Below, piece by piece: positions 1-9,759 of a stretch of 64,000 bases of DNA (its first letter is position 1; each line of letters begins with the position of its first letter). A program made the position numbers and the translations under genes. Source of the stretch: Bacteroidota bacterium (GTDB lineage: Bacteria; Bacteroidota; Bacteroidia; NS11-12g; UBA955). The stretch lies in assembly GCA_040386935.1 (NCBI GenBank), contig JAZKEQ010000030.1, positions 600 to 64,599 of the forward strand, in the 5' to 3' direction. The notes under the pieces are model-generated. The model worked only from the letters and a program-made list of their open reading frames with translations, searched no databases and was not told where the DNA came from.

Positions 1-264
1 GCGGAGCAGGTACTTGAAATAAGTTTTAAGGGAAGATATTTTGCGATTCACCGATTTGGGGTCCGCTTTATTTACCATTTGGTCGGCCAACCAGCTTTTG
101 ATGTGCAAATGCTTCACCGATTGGATGTTCTGAATATCGAGTGTGGCCAGATAGCTGAAACACTGACTTAAATCGGTAAGGTAGGCTTTTGAGGTATGGG
201 GCGATACCTTTCTTTCGGATACCAGATAAGTTTCAAATTGCGATATAAAAAAAGCGTCCGACAA
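1..264 (-). CDS. tyrosine recombinase XerC/XerD-like, N-terminal part (runs off the left edge)
   Basis: My own minus-strand translation from the TTG at 264-262 gives LSDAFFISQFETYLVSERKVSPHTSKAYLTDLSQCFSYLATLDIQNIQSVKHLHIKSWLADQMVNKADPKSVNRKISSLKTYFKYLLR. This is the typical SAM-like N-terminal domain of phage-integrase-family recombinases. It is absent from the ORF track because no stop lies in the window. Confidence 0.6.
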   Translation of the reverse strand, partial: MSDAFFISQFETYLVSERKVSPHTSKAYLTDLSQCFSYLATLDIQNIQSVKHLHIKSWLADQMVNKADPKSVNRKISSLKTYFKYLLR

Positions 265-282
265 TGTTAATTATCGGACGCT
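244..282 (-). terminator. Rho-independent terminator downstream of rpsU
   Basis: Plus-strand arms AGCGTCCGA (253-261) and TCGGACGCT (274-282) form a 9-bp stem. On the minus strand it is followed by a run of 7 T (247-253). Confidence 0.6.
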
Positions 283-306
283 AATATAATATAATTTACT
301 TATCAA

Positions 307-501
307 TTAACTGCCTTGCTCATTTTGCATGAACTGGCGGTATGCTGCTTTTTTAATTTCCATTCTACGGGTAATAGATGGTTTTTCGAAAGCCTGACGA
401 GATCTCAATTCTTTCATGATGCCAATTTTTTCGTACTTCTTTTTGTACTTCTTTAAAGACTTGTCTAGGTTTTCGTTGTCTTTTACGCTGATATAAATCA
501 T
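307..501 (-). CDS. rpsU: 30S ribosomal protein S21
   Basis: 64 aa and basic. The motif KKYKKKYEKIGIMKELRSRQAFEKPS is typical of S21. Confidence 0.9.
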   Translation of the reverse strand: MIYISVKDNENLDKSLKKYKKKYEKIGIMKELRSRQAFEKPSITRRMEIKKAAYRQFMQNEQGS

Positions 502-529
502 GTTGCTATTTTTTTAAAATTAGGGATGG

Positions 530-537
530 CAAATATA
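530..537 (-). promoter_or_regulatory. candidate Bacteroidota -7 box (TAnnTTTG) for rpsU
   Basis: The minus strand reads TATATTTG about 29 nt upstream of the rpsU ATG, with a TTG about 20 nt further upstream. Confidence 0.35.
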
Positions 538-604
538 GCACTGGTTTTTGAAATTTGCAAGAAATTTTGAATAATTGTCAAAAGGGGTGCTAAATGCCTG
601 TTGT

Positions 605-1747
605 TTAGTCCTTCAGAACGGCTCTGGAAATCACGAGTTTCTGTATTTCTGAGGTGCCTTCGCCAATGGTACATAATTTACTGTCGCGGTAGTATTTCTC
701 CACCGGAAAATCTTTGGTATAACCATAGCCGCCAAATATCTGAATGCCTTCGGTTGCCACTCTTACACAAGTTTCGCTGGCGTAGTATTTTGCCATGGCC
801 GATACCTTGTTAACGTTCTTGCCGTTATTTTTCAAATGGCAGGCTTCGTTAATTAACAATTCAGACGCTTCAATTTGTGTCGCCATATCGGCCAGTTTAA
901 AGCCAATGGCCTGGAAATGGGCAATCGGTTGACCGAATTGTTCGCGTTCTTTCGCATATTTTACTGATGCTTCGTAAGCGCCTTTTGCAATACCTAAAGA
1001 TAAAGCAGCAATAGAAATTCTTCCGCCATCCAAAATTTTCATGGCCTGAATAAATCCTTCGCCTACTTTACCCAATAAATTGGCTTCAGGAATGCGACAT
1101 TCCTCAAATATCATTTCTGCGGTTTCGCTGGCGCGCATACCGAGTTTGTTTTCTTTTTTTCCTGCATTAAAACCGGGTGTACCTCTTTCTACTACGAAAG
1201 CTGAAATACCATGTGAATCGAGCAGGTCGCCTGTTCTGGCCAATACTACTGCAACATTGCCAGTAATACCATGAGTAATCCAGTTTTTAGCACCATTCAA
1301 TACCCATTCGTTGCCTTCTTTGCGAGCTGTTACTTTCATGCGCAAGGCATCGCTGCCGGTATTAGCTTCAGTCAAGCCCCAGGCACCAATCCACTCGCCA
1401 CTGGCCAGTTTTGGTAGCCATCTTTTTTTCTGTTCATCGTTGCCGAACATCATGATATGACCGGTACACAAACTGTTATGTGCCGCCATACTCAAGCCGA
1501 TAGAGCCGCAAACTTTAGCAATTTCTACAATCGCTTCAACGTATTCATAGTAGCCTAAACCGGCTCCACCGTATTCTTCTGGTACCAGTATTCCCATCAG
1601 TCCCAATTGGCCCATTTCTTTGAAAAGATCAATCGGAAATTTCTGAGCCTCATCCCATTCCATTACATGTGGGCGGATATTGCGCTCTGCAAAATCCCTG
1701 CAGGTTTGTCTAATCATTAACTGACTCTCTGAAATCTCGAAATTCAT
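605..1747 (-). CDS. acyl-CoA dehydrogenase (short/branched-chain type)
   Basis: 380 aa. ACAD motifs are present (GAWGLTEANTGSD, FGGYGYTKDFPVEKYYRDSKLCTIGEGTSEIQ). Confidence 0.9.
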   Translation of the reverse strand: MNFEISESQLMIRQTCRDFAERNIRPHVMEWDEAQKFPIDLFKEMGQLGLMGILVPEEYGGAGLGYYEYVEAIVEIAKVCGSIGLSMAAHNSLCTGHIMMFGNDEQKKRWLPKLASGEWIGAWGLTEANTGSDALRMKVTARKEGNEWVLNGAKNWITHGITGNVAVVLARTGDLLDSHGISAFVVERGTPGFNAGKKENKLGMRASETAEMIFEECRIPEANLLGKVGEGFIQAMKILDGGRISIAALSLGIAKGAYEASVKYAKEREQFGQPIAHFQAIGFKLADMATQIEASELLINEACHLKNNGKNVNKVSAMAKYYASETCVRVATEGIQIFGGYGYTKDFPVEKYYRDSKLCTIGEGTSEIQKLVISRAVLKD

Positions 1748-1799
1748 ATTGTAGTAAACTGCAAAAATAGCATTATTCCCGAACCTAAAAATACTTGTT

Positions 1800-2717
1800 T
1801 TAGAATTTTAGATAATTTTTAAGTTTACTTAAAGTTAATTCATCAATCAGTTTAACTTTTAAGAGATCTTCGGGCGATGAAAAATTGCCGTGTTGGGTTC
1901 TGTAATTTACGATTACTGCCGCTAATTTGTATTTGATATACGGGTGTTGACCCAACTCTTCGGCTGTAGCCGTATTTATAGCAATCATGTGATAGGGTTG
2001 CAATTCAGTACTGAGTTTGGGTGTAATGTCTGCAATCACTTCAGGACTTAAACCATATACTTCAGCCAATTGAGCTGTGCTGTAAAAGCCGCCCAGTTTT
2101 TCGCGGTAGTTGACGATGCGCTGTGATAGTTTATGGCCTATGCCTTTTAATCGGTTGAGTGTAGCTGTGTCGGCCGTATTCAAATTGATAGGGGCATATT
2201 TTTTTGGCGTGAAATTTTCCTGTTTGTTTTGAGCAAAGGTTGGTTGAGTGGCTGTTGAATATTGCTCAGGTAAATCAATGTAGGGCTGCAACTGTTTAGC
2301 AAATCCTTCATCGATGCCATAAATTTTTGAGATGTCGGATTTGATTTTAAAGGCACCACCGGCATTTCTGTATTTTATTATTCTATCGGCCAAATAAGGT
2401 TTGAAACCCAATTTTAAAAAGGTCGCCTTGTCGGCAGTATTCGGATTAAAGAGGAACAAGTGCTGCTCACCCGCCTCTGAATGATTATAAGTATAGTTGT
2501 TGGGCTTTTTCTCATCTGCTTCGCTTTGCATTGAGTCTAATGCAGCGAGTTGTTGCAGTGTTGAGAAGTCAGTGGGTTGGGGAGTTTGTTGCCTGAAACT
2601 AATAGCAGGTAGAATGGCTATTATTAATGCAACAGCCGATAAAACGAAAAAAGCATTTCTTTCGCCTTTGGTAAAGTTGAAATAATTACGCAAAAGGTTT
2701 TGAAATGCTTTTTTCAA
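1800..2717 (-). CDS. ComEA-like helix-hairpin-helix DNA-binding protein with an N-terminal membrane anchor
   Basis: It has one N-terminal TM segment and repeated HhH modules (NLNTADTATLNRLKGIGHKLSQRIVNYR, INTATAEELGQHPYI). Confidence 0.7.
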   Translation of the reverse strand: MKKAFQNLLRNYFNFTKGERNAFFVLSAVALIIAILPAISFRQQTPQPTDFSTLQQLAALDSMQSEADEKKPNNYTYNHSEAGEQHLFLFNPNTADKATFLKLGFKPYLADRIIKYRNAGGAFKIKSDISKIYGIDEGFAKQLQPYIDLPEQYSTATQPTFAQNKQENFTPKKYAPINLNTADTATLNRLKGIGHKLSQRIVNYREKLGGFYSTAQLAEVYGLSPEVIADITPKLSTELQPYHMIAINTATAEELGQHPYIKYKLAAVIVNYRTQHGNFSSPEDLLKVKLIDELTLSKLKNYLKF

Positions 2718-2736
2718 GTAAAAAGTCTATGAAATA

Positions 2737-3990
2737 CTATCTGATAGCGGCATTCATCAGTTTTTCCTGATTGTAAACGCCCGCTGCTAATTTGTCTTTT
2801 ATTTCAGTAAATGCTTTGATGGTTCTTTCCACATCAGCCATAGTGTGCACAGCTGTAGGAATTAAACGCAAGATAATAATGCCTTTAGGAATTACCGGAT
2901 ATACAACGATAGAACAGAAGATATCGTAATTCTCTCTTAAATCGTAAGTCAAGTGAGTTGACTCAGCAACTGTACCATTCAATACCACAGGTGTAACCGG
3001 GGTAGTGGTAGAGCCGATATTGAATCCTGCAGCTTTCAAACCTGATTGCAAAGCATTCACAATGGTCCATAAATTTTCTTTCAATTCAGGATGTTTTCTG
3101 ATCAAGTCAAGTCTTTTCAATGCACCTATTACTAATGGCATTGGCAACGACTTAGCGTAAATCTGTGAACGCAGATTATAACGCAGGTAGTTCAAAATAT
3201 TTTTTGGTCCTGCAACAAATGCACCGATGCTGGCCATTGATTTTGCAAATGTAGAAAAGTGCAGATCAACACCATCAACAACACCTTGTTCTTCGGAAGT
3301 ACCGCTGCCTTTAGCACCCATGGTACCAAAACCGTGTGCATCGTCAACGAATAATCTGAAGTTGTATTTTTCTTTCAAAGCAACAACGCCTTTCAGGTCG
3401 CCCTGATTACCGCTCATGCCGAATACACCTTCAGTGATAACGAAAATTCCACCACCTGATTTTTCAACCAGTTTAGTAGCGCGTTGCAATTGTTTTTCGC
3501 AACTTTCCATATCGTTGTGTTTGTACATGAAACGCTGACCCATGTGTAAACGGGCACCGTCCACTATACAAGCATGTGATTCTGCATCGTACACGATTAC
3601 GTCATGTCTGTCGACCATTGCATCTATAATAGATACAACGCCCTGGTAACCGAAATTCAATAAAATGGCATCTTCTTTACCAACAAATGCAGCCAATTCT
3701 CTTTCTAATTGTTCGTGAGGATTGCTGTTACCGCTCATCATGCGGGCACCCATCGGGTAAGCCATTCCGTAAGCTGCAGCTGCATCGGCATCCGCTTTTC
3801 TTACTTCGGGGTGGTTGGCCAATCCCAAATAGTTGTTTAAACTCCAGTTTAATTTCTCTTTGCCGTTAAAAACCATTGAAGGGCCAATTTCACCTTCCAG
3901 TTTTGGAAATGTAAAATAACCGTGAGCTTCATTGATGTGGGTGCCTAATGGCCCCATGTTTTTAATTACTTTATCAAATATATCTGCCAT
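2737..3990 (-). CDS. PLP-dependent alpha-oxoamine synthase family acyltransferase (Kbl/BioF/serine-palmitoyltransferase-like)
   Basis: 417 aa. It carries DDAHGFG and the PLP-lysine context FSTFAKSMAS. Substrate cannot be decided from the sequence alone (glycine, serine or cysteate). Confidence 0.85.
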   Translation of the reverse strand: MADIFDKVIKNMGPLGTHINEAHGYFTFPKLEGEIGPSMVFNGKEKLNWSLNNYLGLANHPEVRKADADAAAAYGMAYPMGARMMSGNSNPHEQLERELAAFVGKEDAILLNFGYQGVVSIIDAMVDRHDVIVYDAESHACIVDGARLHMGQRFMYKHNDMESCEKQLQRATKLVEKSGGGIFVITEGVFGMSGNQGDLKGVVALKEKYNFRLFVDDAHGFGTMGAKGSGTSEEQGVVDGVDLHFSTFAKSMASIGAFVAGPKNILNYLRYNLRSQIYAKSLPMPLVIGALKRLDLIRKHPELKENLWTIVNALQSGLKAAGFNIGSTTTPVTPVVLNGTVAESTHLTYDLRENYDIFCSIVVYPVIPKGIIILRLIPTAVHTMADVERTIKAFTEIKDKLAAGVYNQEKLMNAAIR

Positions 3991-4115
3991 TTATAAGAAT
4001 GTTTAAAGGTGCAAAGGTAGTTATTTGACCAAAGAATAACAAAATCTGTACTGAGATGCCTGATATTAATAGTCATCACACTTTTTGCAAAACTCAATTT
4101 GCCTAATTTTTTAAC

Positions 4116-4123
4116 TATATTTG
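4116..4123 (+). promoter_or_regulatory. candidate -7 box TATATTTG
   Basis: It matches TAnnTTTG and lies 34 nt upstream of the ATG at 4157. Confidence 0.35.
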
Positions 4124-4156
4124 CATCACTTTTAGGATAAACACCTAACCCTATTT

Positions 4157-5689
4157 ATGCCATTCGAAACAGAACTTAAAGTATTGCCTGCCATCGCTTT
4201 TGATGCGGTTAAAATTCAGGAACAATTTCTCAAACAATTTCCCGACACCGATTTACAACAGTTAGAAATTATTAAGCGCTCAATTGACGCAAGAAAGAAA
4301 CCCATTCTTTATGTTCTGAAATTAAGGGTTTGGCTGAAGGGTGATACAATCACCAAGGAAGTTAAACAGTTTACATTTTCTAATCAGCAGGTGAAACGCG
4401 TAGCGGTGATAGGTTTCGGTCCTGCGGGAATATTTGCCGCTTTTCAATTATTGGAGAAAGGGTATTTACCTATAGTGATAGAAAGAGGAAAAGCTGTTAA
4501 AGAACGCAGAAGAGACCTTGCAGCATTGAATAAAGAATTGCTGGTAAACCCTGATAGTAACTATTGTTTTGGTGAAGGCGGAGCCGGTACTTACAGCGAT
4601 GGTAAATTATATACCCGCAGTAAAAAAAGAGGTGATGTAGAAAAAGTACTGCAAACATTTGTGCAATACGGAGCCAATGAGGATATATTGGTAAATGCCC
4701 ATCCTCATATCGGTACCAATAAATTGCCCGGTATTATTGAAAATATGCGGGAAGCCATTCTGGCTGCCGGAGGACAGATTCATTTCAATACAAAATTGAC
4801 AGATTTTGTAACAGAAAAAGGAAGGATACAGCGCATTATTTGCAACAATGATTTGGAAATACATGTGGATGCTGTGATACTGGCCACAGGTCATTCTGCC
4901 AGAGATATTTTTCATTTATTGAACGATAAGAAATTAACAATAGAAGCAAAACCTTTTGCCATGGGTGTAAGAATAGAACACTCACAGGAATTGATAGACC
5001 GCATTCAATACAAACAAAATAAAAGAGACGACAATTTACCACCTGCAGCTTATAGTATAGTGACACAATCTGAAGGATGCGGAGTGTTTTCTTTTTGTAT
5101 GTGCCCGGGAGGCATTATTGCACCTGCCGCTACATCTATAAATGAAACAGTGGTTAATGGCTGGAGCCCAAGTAAGCGTAATGGCTTGTTTGCCAACAGC
5201 GGTTTTGTTGTTACAGTAGATCCTCAGCGCTGGCAGTCAACCATGGGTAATCATCCTTTGGCAGCCCTTGAGTTTCAACAGTTGTATGAACAAAAAGCCT
5301 ATAACGCAACAGGAAGTATCATTGCACCGGCACAACGCGTAGAAGATTTTATTATGGGACGTGTGTCATCTTCATTGCCCGATTGTTCTTATTTGCCCGG
5401 CATTAAAAGTGTAGACATGCGCAATATTTTACCCGGATTTATTACCACTGCCATGCGCGGGGCGTTGGTACACTTTGGTAAAACCATGCAAGGCTATCGC
5501 AGCAATGAGGCTTTATTAGTAGGTATTGAAAGTCGTACGTCTTCACCTGTGCGCATTCCACGCGATAAGGAAACATTACAACATCCTGATATTAGCAATC
5601 TTTTTCCATGCGGAGAGGGAGCAGGATATGCAGGTGGTATTGTAAGTGCCGCATTAGATGGCATGGCCTGTGCCAATGCTATTCAATAA
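4157..5689 (+). CDS. FAD-dependent oxidoreductase (uncharacterised dehydrogenase family)
   Basis: 510 aa. It has a dinucleotide-binding motif VAVIGFGPAGIFAA and a C-terminal GEGAGYAGGI motif. Confidence 0.8.
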   Translation: MPFETELKVLPAIAFDAVKIQEQFLKQFPDTDLQQLEIIKRSIDARKKPILYVLKLRVWLKGDTITKEVKQFTFSNQQVKRVAVIGFGPAGIFAAFQLLEKGYLPIVIERGKAVKERRRDLAALNKELLVNPDSNYCFGEGGAGTYSDGKLYTRSKKRGDVEKVLQTFVQYGANEDILVNAHPHIGTNKLPGIIENMREAILAAGGQIHFNTKLTDFVTEKGRIQRIICNNDLEIHVDAVILATGHSARDIFHLLNDKKLTIEAKPFAMGVRIEHSQELIDRIQYKQNKRDDNLPPAAYSIVTQSEGCGVFSFCMCPGGIIAPAATSINETVVNGWSPSKRNGLFANSGFVVTVDPQRWQSTMGNHPLAALEFQQLYEQKAYNATGSIIAPAQRVEDFIMGRVSSSLPDCSYLPGIKSVDMRNILPGFITTAMRGALVHFGKTMQGYRSNEALLVGIESRTSSPVRIPRDKETLQHPDISNLFPCGEGAGYAGGIVSAALDGMACANAIQ

Positions 5690-5712
5690 AAGTTTACCTT
5701 TGCCACACTCTT

Positions 5713-7032
5713 ATGAAAAACATTGTTTTGTTTGGGGCGGGGCGCAGCAGTATCTATCTGGTAGAGTATCTGCAGGCATGGTGTGTGAAAAACAATTACA
5801 TGCTGATAATTGGCGACAAGGATGTACAATATGTACAAGATAACGTCAAAGAAAAAGACAATTTACAGTTTCAAACCATTGATATTTTCGATCACGAAAA
5901 GGTAGAGGCATTGATAAAAATCAGTGAACTGGTTATTTCATTATTACCTGCTGCATTGCACATGCACATTGCCCATTTGTGTCTCGACAATCATAAGCAC
6001 ATGGCTACTGCTTCTTATGTATCAGATGAGATGAAAGCCATTCACGATGATGCGATAAATAAAGGACTGATATTTTTAAATGAATGCGGATTGGATCCGG
6101 GCATCGACCATATGAGTGCCATGCAATTGATGGACAACATCAAAAGCAAGGGCGGTATTATTAATAGTTTCGAAAGTTATTGTGGCGGATTGGTCGCCAA
6201 TGCCTGTGATGGAGACAATCCATGGAAGTACAAATTTTCATGGAACCCTCGCAATGTGGTAGTAGCAGGTCAAGGTGCACCTGCACAGTTTTTATTGGAT
6301 GGACAATTAAAGGTATTGCCTTACCATCAATTATTCGCTTACACCAAAGACTTTACAATTGGCAATCACGGTACATTCGAGGCTTACCCAAACAGAGATT
6401 CACTGAAATACCGACCATTGTATGGCTTGGATCATATAGCCACCATGGTAAGGGGCACCTTTCGCAAACAAGGCTATGCTTCGGCCTGGCAAGTACTGGT
6501 AGTGCTTGGTTTAACTGATGATACAACTAAATTGTATTACCCTCAGGGAACCACTATGCAGCAATGGCTGACGACTTATATGGTACATCCTTATCAGGAT
6601 TTAAAAAATGCGGTGAAAACAGCGACCCATTGTACAGATGCGGATATTGCTAAACTGGAATGGTTAGGATTATTTGGCAATGAGGTGTTACCTTTATATG
6701 AAGGTACATCGGCACAAATACTGGAAGAGATATTGAAAATAAAATGGCTGTTATTGCCCAACGACCGCGATATGGTGGTGATGCTGCATAAAATAGGGTA
6801 TCAATTGAATGGAGAAAATAAAGCGGCCACTTCAACTCTGGTAATAGAAGGGGAGAGCAACACACATACAGCCATGGCAAAAACTGTGGGACTGCCTTTG
6901 GCCATAGCCTGCCGACTGATATTGGAAAATAAAATCAGTCAACGCGGTGTAGTTGTACCTGTCGATTGCGAGCTGTACACACCGGTTTTAGAGGAATTGA
7001 AGGGATTTGGGATACATTTCATTGAAAATTAG
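5713..7032 (+). CDS. saccharopine dehydrogenase family protein
   Basis: I start it at the ATG at 5713 (MKNIVLFGAGRSS Rossmann motif). The track ORF from 5608 overlaps the upstream gene and adds a Cys/Arg-rich nonsense extension. LNECGLDPGIDHM is typical of the family. Confidence 0.85.
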   Translation: MKNIVLFGAGRSSIYLVEYLQAWCVKNNYMLIIGDKDVQYVQDNVKEKDNLQFQTIDIFDHEKVEALIKISELVISLLPAALHMHIAHLCLDNHKHMATASYVSDEMKAIHDDAINKGLIFLNECGLDPGIDHMSAMQLMDNIKSKGGIINSFESYCGGLVANACDGDNPWKYKFSWNPRNVVVAGQGAPAQFLLDGQLKVLPYHQLFAYTKDFTIGNHGTFEAYPNRDSLKYRPLYGLDHIATMVRGTFRKQGYASAWQVLVVLGLTDDTTKLYYPQGTTMQQWLTTYMVHPYQDLKNAVKTATHCTDADIAKLEWLGLFGNEVLPLYEGTSAQILEEILKIKWLLLPNDRDMVVMLHKIGYQLNGENKAATSTLVIEGESNTHTAMAKTVGLPLAIACRLILENKISQRGVVVPVDCELYTPVLEELKGFGIHFIEN

Positions 7033-7068
7033 TCGGTTCAATAGATTTGTATAATTAAAAAAATATAT

Positions 7069-7076
7069 TACCTTTG
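7069..7076 (+). promoter_or_regulatory. candidate -7 box TACCTTTG upstream of rpsP
   Basis: It matches TAnnTTTG and lies 40 nt upstream of the ATG at 7116. Confidence 0.3.
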
Positions 7077-7115
7077 CACCCCCGTGAGAAATGGAGAACT
7101 CATGGTTTTATAATT

Positions 7116-7763
7116 ATGGCAACAAAATTAAGATTACAGCGTCATGGACGCAAAAAACAAGCCTACTACTACATTGTGGCGGCAGATGCACGTGCTCCGA
7201 GAGATGGTAGATTCATTGAAAGAATTGGTGATTACAACCCTAACACTAATCCTGCAACAATTAACCTCAATCTTGAACACGCAGTTAAATGGTTGGACAA
7301 CGGAGCTATCCCTACGGATACCGTTAAAGCCATTCTTTCTTACAAAGGTGCAATGATGATGCACCATTTACACGGTGGAGTGCGCAAAGGCGCAATGACA
7401 GCGGAACAAGCGGATGTTAAATTTGCAGAATGGATGGCAGCTAAAGATGCTAAAGTTCAAGGCAAACGCGACAACTTAGCAAACAAAAAAGCAGAAGCTA
7501 ACGCTGCTAAATTTAAAGCAGAAACAGCCATTAAAGAAGCTAAAGCTGCAGCAATCGCTGCTAAAATAGCTGCTGAAGAAGCTGCAATCGCTGCTGCTAA
7601 TACACCTGTAGCTGAAGTAGTTGAAACGCCTGCTGTTGAAGCAGAAGTAGCAGAAACTCCGGTTGCTGAAGTAGAAGTAACTGAAACACCTGCTGCTGAA
7701 GCAGAAGTAACAGAAGCTCCTGCTGCAGAAACAGAAGCTCCGGCTGAAAACACAGAAGCTTAA
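7116..7763 (+). CDS. rpsP: 30S ribosomal protein S16 with a long Ala/Glu/Thr/Pro-rich C-terminal tail
   Basis: [42 protein letters not shown] is the canonical S16 N-terminus. The start is the ATG at 7116, not the track start at 7074. Confidence 0.9.
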   Translation: MATKLRLQRHGRKKQAYYYIVAADARAPRDGRFIERIGDYNPNTNPATINLNLEHAVKWLDNGAIPTDTVKAILSYKGAMMMHHLHGGVRKGAMTAEQADVKFAEWMAAKDAKVQGKRDNLANKKAEANAAKFKAETAIKEAKAAAIAAKIAAEEAAIAAANTPVAEVVETPAVEAEVAETPVAEVEVTETPAAEAEVTEAPAAETEAPAENTEA

Positions 7764-7776
7764 TCAGCTTTTTGGT

Positions 7777-8280
7777 ATGACACTTAAAACAATCAATATA
7801 CATGATAAACCCACCCGCAAGGTGGGTTTTCTGTTAAAGCCACATGGCTACAAAGGCCATATTAAAATGGCAATAGAGGATGATGATTTTTATCCCGAAG
7901 ATTTTTTGCTCGTCAGTGTCAACGACAAATTTGTTCCTTATCGCATCGAAAAATATAATCAGGAAGCCGATATCATTAAATTGAAAAACATCAATTCAAT
8001 TGATGAAGCCACAAGTTTACTTGGTAGAGCAATTCTTGATTTCGTTAGTGATACCCCCGATGATTCACTCGATTATACAGATTATACATTAATAGACAGT
8101 GCTACCGGAACTCAATATGCCATAACAGCTGTTACAGAAATGCCGCAACAGGTATTTCTAGAATTCAGAAATGGTTTTAAAGACAGCATGTTTCCGTTTC
8201 ACCCCGATTTAATAGAAGATGTAGATCACGATAAATTAACCATCACGGTGCATTTTCCTGAAGGCTTACTCGACTTGTAA
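7777..8280 (+). CDS. rimM: 16S rRNA processing protein RimM
   Basis: The motif [17 protein letters not shown] is present, and the gene sits between rpsP and trmD. Confidence 0.85.
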   Translation: MTLKTINIHDKPTRKVGFLLKPHGYKGHIKMAIEDDDFYPEDFLLVSVNDKFVPYRIEKYNQEADIIKLKNINSIDEATSLLGRAILDFVSDTPDDSLDYTDYTLIDSATGTQYAITAVTEMPQQVFLEFRNGFKDSMFPFHPDLIEDVDHDKLTITVHFPEGLLDL

Positions 8281-8281
8281 C

Positions 8282-8950
8282 ATGAGAATAGACATTATCA
8301 CTGTTCAACCCGGATTACTGGAAAGTCCTTTCGCTCACTCAATGTTGAAAAGGGCGCAGGATAAAGGTTTTGCAAGCATCAATCTCATTAATCTCCGCGA
8401 CTTTGCCATCAATGCCCACGGGCAGGTAGATGATTACCAATACGGTGGTGGTGCAGGCATGGTGATGATGTGCGAACCCATTGCCAATGCCATTGAATCA
8501 CTACAAAAAGAAAGACAATACGATGAGGTGATTTATACTTCGCCTGATGGTGAATTATTAGATCAGCCCATGGCCAATACCTTATCGCTGAAAGAAAATA
8601 TCATTATTCTCTGCGGCCATTACAAAGGCATTGACGATCGCATCCGACAACTGTATATCACCCGCGAAATATCCATTGGCAATTACGTGTTGACCGGTGG
8701 AGAACTGGCTGCTGCTATTATTGCAGACAGTATCGTGCGATTAATTCCCGGTGTATTGGGCAATGAAGAATCAGCCCTTACAGATAGTTTTCAGGACGAT
8801 CTGCTAGCCCCACCTGTATACACCCGACCGGCAGAATTTAAAGGGTTGAAAGTACCTGATGTTTTGCTTTCAGGTAATTTTAAACTCATAGAAGATTGGC
8901 GCGCTCAACAAGCTGAAGAGCGCACCAAACAAAGACGCCCCAACTTATAG
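8282..8950 (+). CDS. trmD: tRNA (guanine37-N1)-methyltransferase
   Basis: TrmD motifs are present ([37 protein letters not shown]). Confidence 0.95.
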   Translation: MRIDIITVQPGLLESPFAHSMLKRAQDKGFASINLINLRDFAINAHGQVDDYQYGGGAGMVMMCEPIANAIESLQKERQYDEVIYTSPDGELLDQPMANTLSLKENIIILCGHYKGIDDRIRQLYITREISIGNYVLTGGELAAAIIADSIVRLIPGVLGNEESALTDSFQDDLLAPPVYTRPAEFKGLKVPDVLLSGNFKLIEDWRAQQAEERTKQRRPNL

Positions 8951-8985
8951 TTTTTCAAATTCAGCACCCCTAATCAACGACTCCA

Positions 8986-9756
8986 ATGAACCTGCAACTT
9001 ACTAAACCCCTTGTCATTTTTGACCTTGAAACCACCGGTATCAATACTTCTAAAGATCGTATTGTAGAATTGTACATGATTAAAATTATGCCCGATGGTG
9101 CCCGTCACGACATACATCAGCGGTTTAATCCTGAAATGCCAATATCTGCAGAAGCCACTTCAGTTCACGGTATTTCTGATGCCGATGTTGCCAATGAACC
9201 GACCTTTAAACAAAAGGCACATGATCTAAATCAGTTCTTAATGAATTGCGATTTTGCAGGATTTAACAGCAATAAATTTGACTTCCCAATGTTGGTTGAA
9301 GAATTTTTCAGAGTAGGTGTTGAGTTCGATACATTGAAACGCAAATTCATCGATGCACAACGCATTTTCCATTTAATGGAACCAAGAAATCTGTCGGCTG
9401 CTTTTAAATTTTATTGTCAGAAAAATCTTGAAAATGCCCACAGTGCAAAAGCTGATACTGAAGCTACCTGGGAAATTATTCAGGCCCAACTCAACCATTA
9501 CCCAACCCTCGAAAACAATATAGACTTCCTTCACCAATTCAGCGGTCAAAGCAATCTGGTTGACTTAGCCGGTCGTTTGGTATTCAATGAAAAGAAACAG
9601 GCTTGTTTTAATTTCGGTAAGCACAAAGGCAAAACCGTTGCCGAAGTATTGAAAGTAGAACCGAGCTATTACGAGTGGATGATGAACGGAGATTTTCCTG
9701 CCCAAACCAAAAAAGTGCTAACGCAATTGCGCTTAGAAGCAATTACAAGTAAATAA
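8986..9756 (+). CDS. DEDDh 3'-5' exonuclease (DnaQ-like)
   Basis: The Exo I motif FDLETTG and the Exo III motif HSAKADTEAT are both present. Confidence 0.85.
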   Translation: MNLQLTKPLVIFDLETTGINTSKDRIVELYMIKIMPDGARHDIHQRFNPEMPISAEATSVHGISDADVANEPTFKQKAHDLNQFLMNCDFAGFNSNKFDFPMLVEEFFRVGVEFDTLKRKFIDAQRIFHLMEPRNLSAAFKFYCQKNLENAHSAKADTEATWEIIQAQLNHYPTLENNIDFLHQFSGQSNLVDLAGRLVFNEKKQACFNFGKHKGKTVAEVLKVEPSYYEWMMNGDFPAQTKKVLTQLRLEAITSK

Positions 9757-9759
9757 AGC

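Noticed and set aside
1-264. The recombinase at the left edge as a marker of a prophage or integrative element.
   Set aside because: A XerC/XerD-like gene directly downstream of rpsU is a conserved housekeeping arrangement in Bacteroidota. No att-like repeats or phage genes follow it in the window.
5608-5712. The track ORF extends the saccharopine dehydrogenase gene 35 codons upstream (MRRGSRICRWYCKCRIRW...).
   Set aside because: The extension overlaps the 3' end of the preceding gene in another frame and has nonsense composition. The Rossmann motif begins right after the internal ATG at 5713.
7457-7753. 98-aa Ala/Ser/Thr-rich ORF antisense to the rpsP tail (with 7597-7803 alongside).
   Set aside because: These are mirror artefacts of the GCT/GAA-rich repeat on the coding strand. 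They lie entirely inside a well-supported gene.
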